From: Candidatus Binataceae bacterium
Lineage (GTDB): Bacteria; Desulfobacterota; Binatia; Binatales; Binataceae
Reading direction: 5' to 3'
DNA length: 64,000 nt
Assembly: GCA_052146355.1 (NCBI GenBank)
Contig: JBKQNE010000049.1
Span: 20,031 to 84,030, forward strand
Shown: piece by piece, positions 27,450-36,820 of the stretch
How positions within the stretch are numbered: position 1 is the first letter of the stretch
Layout of the letters: the number at the start of each line of letters is the position of its first letter
Notes under the pieces: generated by a model
What the model was told of the DNA's origin: nothing
The model's input: the letters and a program-made list of their open reading frames with translations, nothing else
Databases searched by the model: none
Translations under genes and position numbers: made by a program

Positions 27450-28619
27450 TCAAGCAGCCGCGGAATGTCCGCCCATCAGCCGGCGCGCTTCCGTGCGCGC
27501 CCATTCGTCGGTTTCGAGCAGGTCTTCGAGCGTGCGCGCGGCGGCATTCGGATGCCGCCCGAGGATCGATTCGAGGTGGCGCGGGATGTCGATGAAGCGC
27601 GCCCTGCCGGCCAGGAACCCCGCGACCAGTTCTTCGTTAGCGGCGTTGAGGCACGCCGGCATCGTGTTGCCCGCCTTAAGCGCCTCGAACGCCATGCCCA
27701 GACAGGGAAAGCGGGCGATGTCGGGTTCTTCGAACGTAAGTTGCGAGCACTCGGCGAGCGAAAGCGTCTTGAGATGCGGCATCGGCAGCCGGTCGGGATA
27801 TGCGAGCGCATAAGCGACCGGGATCGCCATATCGGGAATTGCCATCTCGGCAATCACGGAGCCATCCACCATTTCAACCATCGAGTGGATCACGCTCTGC
27901 GGATGAATCACCACGGAAATCTGGTCCGTATCGACGCCGAACAGCCATCGCGCCTCGATGACTTCGAGACCCTTGTTCATCAGCGTCGCGGAATCGATCG
28001 TAATCTTGCTGCCCATCCGCCAGGTCGGATGGTTCAATGCCTGCTCGATCGTGATCGATTCGAAATGCTCCGCAGGCAGGTTGCGGAACGGGCCGCCGGA
28101 AGCGGTCAGGATGATGCGCCGCAGGCCTTCGCGACCACGCCCTTCCAGGCATTGAAAGATTGCGTTGTGCTCGCTGTCGACCGGGAGCAGCCGGACGCCG
28201 TGCTCGCGCACGGTCCGCGTCACCAACTCGCCCGCGATCACCAGCACTTCCTTGTTGGCGAAGGCGATGTCCTTGCCCGCTTTGATCGCGGCGAGCGTCG
28301 GGCGCAGGCCCATCGCGCCGACCAGCGCCGACATCAGCATTTGCGCATCGGGATGCGTCGCGACGGCGGTCGCTCCTTCGAGGCCGTGGACTATCTCGAC
28401 CTTGATCGTTCCCAAACGGGCGCGAAGGTCGCCGGCCAGTTCCGCGTTCGCCACCGAGACCAGCTCGGGGCGGAATTTTTTTACCTGCGCGGTGAGGAGA
28501 TCGAGATTGCGGCCCGCCGCCATGGCGGCCACGCGAAAGCGATCGGGAAACCGGCTGACCACGTCGAGCGTGGTGACGCCGACCGAGCCGGTCGAGCCGA
28601 GTATCGAGATGGTCTTCAT
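27450..28619 (-). CDS. dxr: 1-deoxy-D-xylulose-5-phosphate reductoisomerase
   Basis: MKTISILGSTGSVGVTTLDV N-terminus, NKEVLV, LPVDSEHNAIFQCL and other canonical Dxr blocks. 389 aa. Confidence 0.95.
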   Translation of the reverse strand: MKTISILGSTGSVGVTTLDVVSRFPDRFRVAAMAAGRNLDLLTAQVKKFRPELVSVANAELAGDLRARLGTIKVEIVHGLEGATAVATHPDAQMLMSALVGAMGLRPTLAAIKAGKDIAFANKEVLVIAGELVTRTVREHGVRLLPVDSEHNAIFQCLEGRGREGLRRIILTASGGPFRNLPAEHFESITIEQALNHPTWRMGSKITIDSATLMNKGLEVIEARWLFGVDTDQISVVIHPQSVIHSMVEMVDGSVIAEMAIPDMAIPVAYALAYPDRLPMPHLKTLSLAECSQLTFEEPDIARFPCLGMAFEALKAGNTMPACLNAANEELVAGFLAGRARFIDIPRHLESILGRHPNAAARTLEDLLETDEWARTEARRLMGGHSAAA

Positions 28620-28634
28620 TACTCGATAGGCCGT

Positions 28635-30638
28635 CTAGTTCGATGCGGTTTCCTTGAGGCGGGTGCGGAAACGCCCGAGCGCCATCAGCGGGAAATAGTG
28701 CGCGTACATCCAGTAGCGCAGGTAAAAATGGTTGGGGAACCCGGTCCCCGTGAATTCGTTTTCATCCCACGCGCCAACATCGTTCTGCCGCTCCACAAGC
28801 CATTGCACGCCGCGCATCACCGATTCGCCGATGCCCTCTTCGCCGGCAATCAGCGCGATTAGAGCCCACGCGGTCTGTGACGCCGTGCTGGTGCCGCGCC
28901 CGCGCCACGCAGGATCTTTGTCGGCCAGCGGGCTCTCGCCCCATCCGCCGTCAGCGTTCTGCTTTGACTTGAACCACTCGACCGCGCGCTTGATCCAGGG
29001 CTCCTTCATGTCGCATCCGATGGCGCGCAGGCCGGAGAGGGCGGCTGACGTGCCGTAGATGTACGCGATGCCCCATCGCCCCCACCAGGCGCCGTCGGAG
29101 GACTGATTGCGCTTGAGCCAATCGATGGCGCGGCGCGCGACAGGATGATCGGGCTTGTAGCCGACCACCGCCATCATCTCCAGCACTCGACCGGTGAGAT
29201 CTGCGCAGGAAGGATCGGTCACCGCTTCGACATCCGCGAGCGGCAGATTGTTGAGCCAATGCGCGTCGTTGTCGACGTCGAAAGCGGCGAACCCGCCATC
29301 CTTCGATTGCATCCCCATGACCCAGTTCGCGCCCGCGCTGATACATCGCTCGCGCTTGGCGGCGTCGTCGCATGCCGCTTCCGCCATGACCATCAAAATA
29401 ACCGCGGAGTCGTCCACGTCGGGAAACCAGTCATTATAAAACTGAAATGCCCATCCGCCCGGCTCCAGGTGCGGCCGCTTAATCGACCAATCGCCGCGCT
29501 TGAAAATCTGATTGCTAATGAACCACGCGGCGCTCTTGCGCAGCGCCGGATGATCTCCCGGCGTGCCTGAATCGATCAGCGCCTTCGCCGCCAGCGCGGT
29601 GTCCCAGTTCGGCGAGACGCACGGCATGTAGAGCGCGGTGTCGCCGAGGTCCCAGAGCAGTTCGCGCGACCCTTCGAGCGCCTTCTGGAGAACAGGATGG
29701 TCGTTGCGATAGCCCAACGCCTTGAGCGCCATCGCGCTCAGCAGATAGCACGGCTCGATTCCGCCCCACGTTCCGTTGGCATCCTGATGCTCGAGAATCC
29801 AGTTCTCGGCGTGGCGCAGCGCGCGGGTACGCAAGCCCTTGAGGTTGTGATGGTCGTAGACGCGCAGGCCCTTGTCGACGACGTTAAACAGGCTGCGCAG
29901 AGAGAGCGCTCTCTTCGCGCTTGGCTGCTTGAACTTCGTGAAATGCGGCGGCTGGATGTAAAGCTCGAGAATGCCGTCCTGATGGCTCACCTCCACGGCC
30001 GGGCGCATCGCCTGCAGAATCATCAGCGCGAACGTCGTGCCGCGCGCCCACGAGGAAAGCTCGTACATGTTGAATGGGAACCAGTTCGGGAACAGCGAGA
30101 TCTCGACCGGCAGCGCCGCGGTCGAATCCCACGGCACCTGCCCCATCGCGGCCAGATAAAAGCGGGCAAGCGTGCCGCACTTTTCGATTCCGCCCTGGGA
30201 CAGGATCCAGCGCCGCGCCTGGATCATCGTCTCGTCGCCGGCGCGCATTCCGGCCAGCTTGAGCGCGAAGTAAGTCTCGATTGAGATGGAAAGATATCCC
30301 GGACTGCCCGCGAAGATGCTCCAGCTACCGTCGGCATTTTGCGCATCGAGCAGCAGCTTCTTGAGCTTCGCTTCCAGCTCTATGTCGACCGTGCCCATGA
30401 AGTGGCTGAAGATGATGTACTCCGCGTTCATCTGGGCGTTCGCTTCGAGCACGGCCTGCCAGTAACCCTCGGCGTGCTGTTGATTGATCAGCGAATCGCG
30501 GGCGCGCTCGATGGTGTAGTCGAGCTTCCCGACGAACTCATCGTGGGGCCCGACCGCGGATGACAGCGGTTGTGATTCGGTTGGTGAGAGCTGGCTCATT
30601 TGGTCTGACTCGTTCATTCGGCCGCACTGGCGCGCCAC
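28635..30638 (-). CDS. shc: squalene-hopene cyclase
   Basis: Multiple QW repeats (e.g. NADGSWS, QSKDGGF, QNADGGWGE, RQNDVGAWDE) and the DVDDSAV catalytic Asp motif. Start uncertain: GTG 30638, ATG 30617 or ATG 30599. Confidence 0.95.
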   Translation of the reverse strand: MARQCGRMNESDQMSQLSPTESQPLSSAVGPHDEFVGKLDYTIERARDSLINQQHAEGYWQAVLEANAQMNAEYIIFSHFMGTVDIELEAKLKKLLLDAQNADGSWSIFAGSPGYLSISIETYFALKLAGMRAGDETMIQARRWILSQGGIEKCGTLARFYLAAMGQVPWDSTAALPVEISLFPNWFPFNMYELSSWARGTTFALMILQAMRPAVEVSHQDGILELYIQPPHFTKFKQPSAKRALSLRSLFNVVDKGLRVYDHHNLKGLRTRALRHAENWILEHQDANGTWGGIEPCYLLSAMALKALGYRNDHPVLQKALEGSRELLWDLGDTALYMPCVSPNWDTALAAKALIDSGTPGDHPALRKSAAWFISNQIFKRGDWSIKRPHLEPGGWAFQFYNDWFPDVDDSAVILMVMAEAACDDAAKRERCISAGANWVMGMQSKDGGFAAFDVDNDAHWLNNLPLADVEAVTDPSCADLTGRVLEMMAVVGYKPDHPVARRAIDWLKRNQSSDGAWWGRWGIAYIYGTSAALSGLRAIGCDMKEPWIKRAVEWFKSKQNADGGWGESPLADKDPAWRGRGTSTASQTAWALIALIAGEEGIGESVMRGVQWLVERQNDVGAWDENEFTGTGFPNHFYLRYWMYAHYFPLMALGRFRTRLKETASN

Positions 30639-30660
30639 TTCGACGCGCGAGTCACCTGAA

Positions 30661-31722
30661 TTAGGGAATTACCGCGCACTTGAGGACCGCGCCCCGGTCC
30701 ATCATCGCGAACACATCGGCGAGGTCGCTCAGGTTGCGATGCGCGTTGATGATTCGATGCGCTCCGAGGCGGCGCTCCGCGAGCAACTCGTGGGCGCGGC
30801 GCACGTCGCGCCTGCGATAGTGAAACGGAGCGAGCAACGACAGGCCGTCGTAGTGCATCCGGCGCGTGTCGACGCTGAGCACCGTGCCGGGCGGGCATCC
30901 GCCGAAAAACACCACCCGCCCGCCGCGACGGGTGCGCGCGAGCGCATCGCTCCATCCGTCGAGCTGGCCGGTGCATTCGATTACCAGGTCGGGACCATAG
31001 CCGCCGTTCAGCCGCGCCGCGGCCGCGGCGGCATCTTCGTGGTCGACGTCGATTACGCGGTCCGCGCCCATCTCGGCCGCCCATCGGAGGCGATCCTTGC
31101 CGCGGCCTGCGATGACCACCTGGCGAACGCCGGCCGCCCGCAGCACCATCATGTGGATCAATCCGAACGGACCGCCGCCGATAATCATCGCGGTCTCGTA
31201 CGATTCGGGTTTCGCGATCGCCTGCGCGTGGACGACGCAGGAAAGCGGCTCCAGCAAGGCCGCCTCTTCGAACGGCAGATCGGGCGGTTTGGGAAAAGTA
31301 TTTTTCGCCACCACGAGCGCGGGCAGCAGGAGCATGTCCCCGTATGCGCCAAGGACCATCTTGTCGATCGCGGTTGCGCACAGATTTTCCTGGCCGCGGC
31401 CGCAGTAGAAGCAGATGCCGCACGGAGCGGTCGGCGCGGCCATCACCTCGTCGCCCGGCGCAAATTCGATCACGCCCAGGCCGACTTCGGCCACGACGCC
31501 CGCGAACTCGTGCCCAAAGGGCGTCGGCATCTTCCACAGCGGATGCCCGCGGCGCCAGGCCTTGAGGTCGGTTCCGCAACTCAGCGCGCATCGCACCTGC
31601 AGCAGAATCTCGCCCGCGCCCGGATGAGACGGCACGAAGTCGCGCATCTCGAGACGCCCCGGCGCGACCAGCATCGCGCGGCGCGGATTCGTGGATTGAA
31701 GCGAAGCAGCCGCGCCGCTCAT
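30661..31722 (-). CDS. zinc-dependent MDR alcohol/polyol dehydrogenase
   Basis: Catalytic Zn ligands (SCGTD, FGHEFAG), structural Zn site CGICFYCGRGQENLC, GGGPFG Rossmann motif. Its ATG overlaps the ispA stop (ATGA at 31719..31722). Confidence 0.85.
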   Translation of the reverse strand: MSGAAASLQSTNPRRAMLVAPGRLEMRDFVPSHPGAGEILLQVRCALSCGTDLKAWRRGHPLWKMPTPFGHEFAGVVAEVGLGVIEFAPGDEVMAAPTAPCGICFYCGRGQENLCATAIDKMVLGAYGDMLLLPALVVAKNTFPKPPDLPFEEAALLEPLSCVVHAQAIAKPESYETAMIIGGGPFGLIHMMVLRAAGVRQVVIAGRGKDRLRWAAEMGADRVIDVDHEDAAAAAARLNGGYGPDLVIECTGQLDGWSDALARTRRGGRVVFFGGCPPGTVLSVDTRRMHYDGLSLLAPFHYRRRDVRRAHELLAERRLGAHRIINAHRNLSDLADVFAMMDRGAVLKCAVIP

Positions 31723-32609
31723 AGCTTGCGCTCCACTACGAAAGTCGCGACCGCGCGCAACGGATCGGCGCGCTCGTCGAAATCCGCGAGCGCGCGATGG
31801 GCAGTGCGCTCGAGTTCTCGCGCAAATTCGCGCGAGCGTGCCGCGCCCATCAAAGTTGGAAAAGTCGCCTTGCCCGCGGCTTCGTCCTTGCCGGTCCGTT
31901 TGCCCATCTGCTCGGTGGTCGCTTCGACATCGAGGAGGTCATCGATAACCTGGAAAGCCAACCCCAGCGCGCGCGCGTACTCGTCCAAAGACGAAAGCTG
32001 AGCGGCCGAACCGCCGCCGAGTCTGGCGCCGCCGACGATCGACGCGCGAAACAATGCGCCGGTTTTCTTGCTGTGCAGATGCTTCAATTCGTCGAGCGAC
32101 AGCGTCAGACCCTCGCTCTGAAGATCGATCACCTGTCCGCCGACCATTCCGCATGAGCCGGCGGCGCGCGCCAGCTCCGCGACCGTCTCGAGCACGATCG
32201 CCGCAGGCACGCCGTCGGAGGCGGAACGCGCCAGCACGTTGAATGCGTCGGTCAGCAGGCCGTCGCCTGAAAGCGTGGCCATCGCTTCGCCGTAGACCTT
32301 GTGATTGGACGGACGGCCGTGCCGGAGATCGTCGTCATCCATGCACGGCAAGTCGTCGTGAATGAGCGAATAGTTGTGCACCATCTCAACCGCGCACGCG
32401 AAGCCCATCGCGCGCTCGTGCGCTCCGCCCACCGCCTCGCACGACGCGAGCGCCAGGATAGGCCGCAGGCGCTTGCCGCCGCCGAGCAGGCTGTAACGCA
32501 TCGCCTCGTACAGACGAGCGTCGGCGCCGGAAGGTTCCGCGACGACCTTCGACAGCGCGCGCTCGACGAGCGCGGCTCGTTCTTTCAAATAGCGATCGAG
32601 TTGAAACAT
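31719..32609 (-). CDS. ispA: polyprenyl (farnesyl) diphosphate synthase
   Basis: First Asp-rich motif [14 protein letters not shown] and second [10 protein letters not shown] chose the ATG at 32609 (MFQLDRYL...) over the Gly/Pro-rich extension from the ATG at 32711. Confidence 0.85.
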   Translation of the reverse strand: MFQLDRYLKERAALVERALSKVVAEPSGADARLYEAMRYSLLGGGKRLRPILALASCEAVGGAHERAMGFACAVEMVHNYSLIHDDLPCMDDDDLRHGRPSNHKVYGEAMATLSGDGLLTDAFNVLARSASDGVPAAIVLETVAELARAAGSCGMVGGQVIDLQSEGLTLSLDELKHLHSKKTGALFRASIVGGARLGGGSAAQLSSLDEYARALGLAFQVIDDLLDVEATTEQMGKRTGKDEAAGKATFPTLMGAARSREFARELERTAHRALADFDERADPLRAVATFVVERKL

Positions 32610-32715
32610 GTCTCTAACGGACCCACAAATCCGGCCGCCGGCGCCGGGCATGAATCGCCCGGAAAGCGCGGCCGCACTGCCGCCCGGAGGCGGCCCGCCC
32701 ACATCAACCATCGGC

Positions 32716-33720
32716 TCAGGACATATAATGACGAACCATTCGCCACGAATCCTTTAAATTCTTGCCGAACTCCATCGCGACCGTGCCTTCGAATCCCGAG
32801 TGCAACTTGCAGTCACGGCAGCGGATGTCCTGCTTGGTGCGGTAGAACTCCCAATCCGTCGCCTCGTGCAACTGCTTGAACGTCTGGTAGTGACCGTTGG
32901 TGATGAGGTAACACGGCCCCTTCCATCCGCGCGGATTGCGCGTGACGGTCGTCCACGGGCTGCACGTAAGGTCGCGTTCACCGACCAGGTAGTCGAGGTA
33001 AATCGGGGTATTGATGATCTTGTAGTCGTCGGCGAGCTTGCGGACCTTCTTGAACTTGTACGGCATCTCTTCTTTCTTGAGATAGAGATCGTCGTTGTTC
33101 AGCACCTGGTAATGGTAGCCGGGCGACAGCAGCATGCCGTCCACGCCGAGACTGCCCAGCAGCTTGACGAGTTCTTCCAGCTCTTCGCCGGTCGTCTCGC
33201 GAAAGACCGTAGTGTTGGTCTGCACGCGATAGCCCTTGTCCTTGAGCATCCGGATCATCTTCATGATGATGTCGAAATGACCCTGGCGATCGACGACGCG
33301 GTCGTTAGTTTCGCGCATGCCGTCGATATGGAGATTGAAGCTCAGGTAGGGGCTCGGCGGGACCTGCTTGACGAAGCGCTCGAGCAGGATCGCGTTGGTG
33401 CAGATCATGACGTGGCGGCCCTGCTCTTCGATAAGCCGCGTGGTGAGCGGCGCGATATGCTTGTACATCAGCGGCTCGCCGCCGCAGATAGAGACGATCG
33501 GCGCGCCGCACTCCTGCGCCGATGCGACCGCTTCATCGAGCGGCATCATGTCGCGAATCGTTTCCTTGTACTCGACGATTCGTCCGCATCCGACGCACGC
33601 CAGGTTGCATGCGTGCAAAGGCTCGAGCATCAGCACGAGCGGAAAATATTTCTCACCGGCCCGCTTCTTCCTGCTCATGTAGCGGCCCAGGTCGATCATC
33701 TGCTTAAGCGGTACCCGCAT
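32716..33720 (-). CDS. hpnH: adenosylhopane synthase, radical SAM protein HpnH
   Basis: CNLACVGC radical SAM cluster motif near the N-terminus, 334 aa, and location at the head of the shc/hpnCDE operon. Confidence 0.8.
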   Translation of the reverse strand: MRVPLKQMIDLGRYMSRKKRAGEKYFPLVLMLEPLHACNLACVGCGRIVEYKETIRDMMPLDEAVASAQECGAPIVSICGGEPLMYKHIAPLTTRLIEEQGRHVMICTNAILLERFVKQVPPSPYLSFNLHIDGMRETNDRVVDRQGHFDIIMKMIRMLKDKGYRVQTNTTVFRETTGEELEELVKLLGSLGVDGMLLSPGYHYQVLNNDDLYLKKEEMPYKFKKVRKLADDYKIINTPIYLDYLVGERDLTCSPWTTVTRNPRGWKGPCYLITNGHYQTFKQLHEATDWEFYRTKQDIRCRDCKLHSGFEGTVAMEFGKNLKDSWRMVRHYMS

Positions 33721-33753
33721 TGGTCCTCCCCGCGTTACGAAGTTTCAGAAAAA

Positions 33754-34413
33754 TCAGGCGACGGCTTTGCCGCCGTCGGATGGTGTTTGATTGCCGAACA
33801 GCCACTCGCTGGCCATCGCCACCGCGGCGATCGGATCCAACGGATTGTTGGCCACGAATAGATGCTCGATCAGGATGCCGTTGAGCGCCGACAGCAGAAA
33901 CCCCGCCGCCGCCTCGGGCGAGAACCGGCCTGTGCACAGCCCCTTCTGCTGGGCGCGCGCGATCAGCTCCACCAGCATCGCGCGGTAGCCTGAATAGAGC
34001 TTCAAAACCTGTTCGTTGAGCCCCTCCGAGAAATGCTGGTCGTGCAACATTTGCGCGAGAAAAAAGCGCACTGAACTAGCGTTATCGCGCACGAACAACA
34101 AATAGAACTCCACCAGCTTTTGAATCTGGGCGCGCTCGTCGAGGACGCCGGCTTCCTCGGCAAAGTCGATGAAATACGGTTCGAGCAGCCGGTTCAGAAC
34201 CGCCACGAAAAGCTCTTCCTTGGTCTTGAAGTGCCAGAAGATGAGCGCCTTGCTGACGTGCGCCTCTCGCGCAACCTCAGACATGGAAGTCTCGTGAAAG
34301 CCCCGATTCGCGAACAGATGCATCGCGGCTTTCAGAATCTCATCGCGGGAGTCCTGGGAACTGTGACTATCGGCGGAAACGGTGCGCGTCTCTTCTGGGG
34401 TACTCATTGACAT
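33754..34413 (-). CDS. TetR/AcrR family transcriptional regulator
   Basis: HTH block ILKAAMHLFANRGFHETSMSEVAREAHVSKALIFWHFKTKEELF. First gene of the co-directional hopanoid array. Confidence 0.85.
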   Translation of the reverse strand: MSMSTPEETRTVSADSHSSQDSRDEILKAAMHLFANRGFHETSMSEVAREAHVSKALIFWHFKTKEELFVAVLNRLLEPYFIDFAEEAGVLDERAQIQKLVEFYLLFVRDNASSVRFFLAQMLHDQHFSEGLNEQVLKLYSGYRAMLVELIARAQQKGLCTGRFSPEAAAGFLLSALNGILIEHLFVANNPLDPIAAVAMASEWLFGNQTPSDGGKAVA

Positions 34414-34452
34414 CAAATGTGACGGCCGTCGCTAACCTATCGGTCAATCGTA

Positions 34453-34480
34453 ACTTTATCGTCATCTCCGGCAAAGTCAA
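34453..34480 (-). promoter_or_regulatory. candidate sigma-70 promoter upstream of tetR/hpn array
   Basis: The minus strand reads TTGACT - 16 nt - TAAAGT, about 35 nt upstream of the tetR ATG. Sequence match only. Confidence 0.25.
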
Positions 34481-34546
34481 TACCGCCCGTCCGACCGGTC
34501 AGGCCCACCTGTTTATAGATTCAACGTCAGGCGTCCTGACCGATGG

Positions 34547-35569
34547 TCAGGATGCAATACTTATTTCAGCGCCTAGGCTTTTGGCAGATTCGCGCGCGGC
34601 GACGATGAGCGACAACGCATTTCGCGCTTCGTTGAGATTGGTTCGGGCGGTTGGGGAATCGATACCCTCGGAGATGGCGCGCTCGAACGCCGCTGCCATG
34701 CCAGCAAACCAGGTCGAATGGTACGAATCGTCGACGATGTCCTGCACGGACAGGTCGTGAGTCACGCCTGCCCCGTCAGTAAAGATGGCGCGATCGCCCT
34801 CAATTTCGAGCGTCCCGTTTTCGCCCGATATCGTTGCCGACGTCTTCCTGGCGGCGGCGCGCCAGGAGAGATGCGCCTGCGCGGCGCGGCCGGAGGAAAA
34901 CCTGACGCGGAGATCGGCGACCTCTTCGGTGCCGCCTGCTTCACCCGAGAGACTCGCCGAAATGGCGCCGGGAGCTTCATCGCCCATCAGCCATTGCATC
35001 AGGTAGAAGACGTGCCAGCCATGGTCGATAAGAATTCCTCCACCGGAATCACTGGCCGAGCGCCATGCGCCCCCCGCCCGACCCGTGCCGGCAGGCTCGG
35101 TACGCAGGCGGTCGAGCGAAAGAGAATTGACGGCACCGACCCGTCCATCATCGATGAGCTGACGCGCCATCGCATACGCGGGGGCATACTTCCAATTGTG
35201 CACGCACATCAGGATGCGCCCGTTGGTTCGCGCCAGGCCGGCAAGCTCGTCGAATTCCGCGAGCGAAAGACAAAGCGGCTTCTCGACCAGCACGTGGGCG
35301 CGCGCCTTCAATGCGAGACGCGCCGCCGTCGCATGATACGCGGGCGGACTCGCGATATCGACGAAGTCGAGCGCCTCACCATCGAGCATCAGCTCGAGGT
35401 CGTCGTAGACGCGGACGTTCTTGATTAGCCGAATCGCTTCGTGCCGACGCTCCGAAACGGGATCGTGAATGACGGAGATATTGATCCCGTCGCGGGTGCG
35501 CCATCCGGTCAGATGGGCTTTCGCGGCAACCTCGCCAAAGCCCGATATTGCGCCTCTCAATCGACCCAC
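34547..35569 (-). CDS. Gfo/Idh/MocA family oxidoreductase
   Basis: Rossmann N-terminus (RGAISGFGEVAAKAH), LVEKPL motif and C-terminal alpha/beta domain. The true start is probably GTG 35569 or TTG 35560, overlapping the upstream stop. The long Arg-rich 5' part of ORF 34547..36343 overlaps the LLM gene and is rejected. Confidence 0.75.
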   Translation of the reverse strand: MGRLRGAISGFGEVAAKAHLTGWRTRDGINISVIHDPVSERRHEAIRLIKNVRVYDDLELMLDGEALDFVDIASPPAYHATAARLALKARAHVLVEKPLCLSLAEFDELAGLARTNGRILMCVHNWKYAPAYAMARQLIDDGRVGAVNSLSLDRLRTEPAGTGRAGGAWRSASDSGGGILIDHGWHVFYLMQWLMGDEAPGAISASLSGEAGGTEEVADLRVRFSSGRAAQAHLSWRAAARKTSATISGENGTLEIEGDRAIFTDGAGVTHDLSVQDIVDDSYHSTWFAGMAAAFERAISEGIDSPTARTNLNEARNALSLIVAARESAKSLGAEISIAS

Positions 35570-36408
35570 GCCGCTGCGAGTTCCTCCAGCTCTGGTTCGT
35601 ACTTGTCGGGCGCGAGCGTCGGCGGGAAGAGGATCAGGCGATGGGCGCCCGCGGCGCGATAGGCCTCGACCGCGGCGCGAGGATCTTTGCCGCCCACCGG
35701 AGAGAAAATCGTAATCTCGAGTTTCGAGAAGTCGCGATTTGCTTCGTCGCAGAGCTGCCGCAACTTTGCGAGTTCCAACTTCAATTCTTCCGGCTTGAGC
35801 GCGATCGGCGCCCATCCGTCGCCGATGAGTGCAGTGTTGCGCAGCGCGCGGTCGCCGCCCGCGCCGATGTGGATGGGAGGATGAGGCTTCTGCGCGGGCT
35901 TGGGATTGCTGCGGACGGCAGGAAACTTGACGAATTCGCCCTCGAAGCTGGCTTCGTCGCGCGTCCACAGTTCTTTCATCGCGCGGATGTACTCGCGCGT
36001 CATCGGCCATCGCCGGCGAAAATCGACACCCAGGATTTCGCTCTCGTCGCGCAGCCATCCGGCACCGATTCCAAACAAGAACCGGCCGCCCGAATAGTGA
36101 TCGAGCGTCGCAACCTCCTTGGCGAGATTGAACGGATCGCGCTCCGGCACGAGGCATATTCCGGTGCCCAGCTTGATTCGATTGGTAGCGCCTGCGGCGA
36201 GCGCGAGGCCGACGAAGGGATCGATCATCTGCGAGTAAACAGGCGGAATCTTGCCGTCGGCCCGCGGAAACGAGGTCTTGGGACTTACCGGCATTATCAC
36301 GTGCTCGGGGAGCCAGAACGATTCGTATCCCAGCGCTTCGCACTTGCGCGCGACTGAAACGGGATGAGCAGTGTATGAGGCGATGAAAGCCAGCACTCCG
36401 ATCTTCAT
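35557..36408 (-). CDS. LLM-class (luciferase-like) F420-dependent oxidoreductase
   Basis: 283-aa ORF. The stretch KCEALGYESFWLPEH...GTGICLVPERDP...LFGIGAGW is typical of the F420-dependent LLM subfamily. Confidence 0.8.
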   Translation of the reverse strand: MKIGVLAFIASYTAHPVSVARKCEALGYESFWLPEHVIMPVSPKTSFPRADGKIPPVYSQMIDPFVGLALAAGATNRIKLGTGICLVPERDPFNLAKEVATLDHYSGGRFLFGIGAGWLRDESEILGVDFRRRWPMTREYIRAMKELWTRDEASFEGEFVKFPAVRSNPKPAQKPHPPIHIGAGGDRALRNTALIGDGWAPIALKPEELKLELAKLRQLCDEANRDFSKLEITIFSPVGGKDPRAAVEAYRAAGAHRLILFPPTLAPDKYEPELEELAAAWVD

Positions 36409-36493
36409 AACGACTTCCGCCCGCGGAGTCCGCAGGCGGAAGTATTTGTATCGCGAATTTGAGCGCGGGAGCTATCGCCCCCGGGCGCGCCGG

Positions 36494-36679
36494 CTATTCG
36501 GAGCGCTTGAGCATCGCGCCGGCGATCATCATTCCGCTGCCCGCCACTGCCGATGCCAGCGCGGCAATCGCGCGCTCCACGCTTCCCGGCCCCACGCCGG
36601 CGATTATCATGCCCGCCAATCCGGCCATGAAGAGCGTCAGGAAGCCGACGACCAGGACGATGCCTCTGAGAATTTTCAT
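36494..36679 (-). CDS. small membrane protein (61 aa)
   Basis: Two hydrophobic Gly/Ala-rich segments. The ATG is preceded by a GGGGA-type SD. No family recognised. Confidence 0.4.
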   Translation of the reverse strand: MKILRGIVLVVGFLTLFMAGLAGMIIAGVGPGSVERAIAALASAVAGSGMMIAGAMLKRSE

Positions 36680-36701
36680 TTGCGGTTCCCCTTGCTGTTT
36701 T

Positions 36702-36812
36702 CAGCACCCTCACCCGACGAGCGATTGGTAGACCAATCGCTCGTCTGCCCTCTCCCGGCTTGCGCTCGTACGCGAAGCGTCCGCTCGAAAAGGTAGCGAG
36801 CGCGGGCGAGGG
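36702..36812. repeat. REP-like element sharing termini with family A, with a different central hairpin
   Basis: cagcaccctcacccg + perfect 12-bp hairpin acgagcgattgg-taga-ccaatcgctcgt + tgccctctcccg ... gcgggcgaggg. Confidence 0.5.
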
Positions 36813-36820
36813 AATCAGGA

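Noticed and set aside
32610-32711. An upstream ATG at 32711 that would extend IspA by 34 residues and leave only 4 nt to the hpnH stop.
   Set aside because: The extension (MVDVGGPPPGGSAAALSGRFMPGAGGRICGSVRD) is Gly/Pro-rich. FPP synthases normally begin close to the MFQLDRYL-type helix. The start remains uncertain.
35570-36343. The 5' two-fifths of ORF 34547..36343, which would give a 598-aa Gfo/Idh/MocA protein.
   Set aside because: This part is Arg-rich nonsense and fully overlaps the well-supported LLM oxidoreductase gene in another frame. The Rossmann N-terminus of the real protein begins near 35560..35569.
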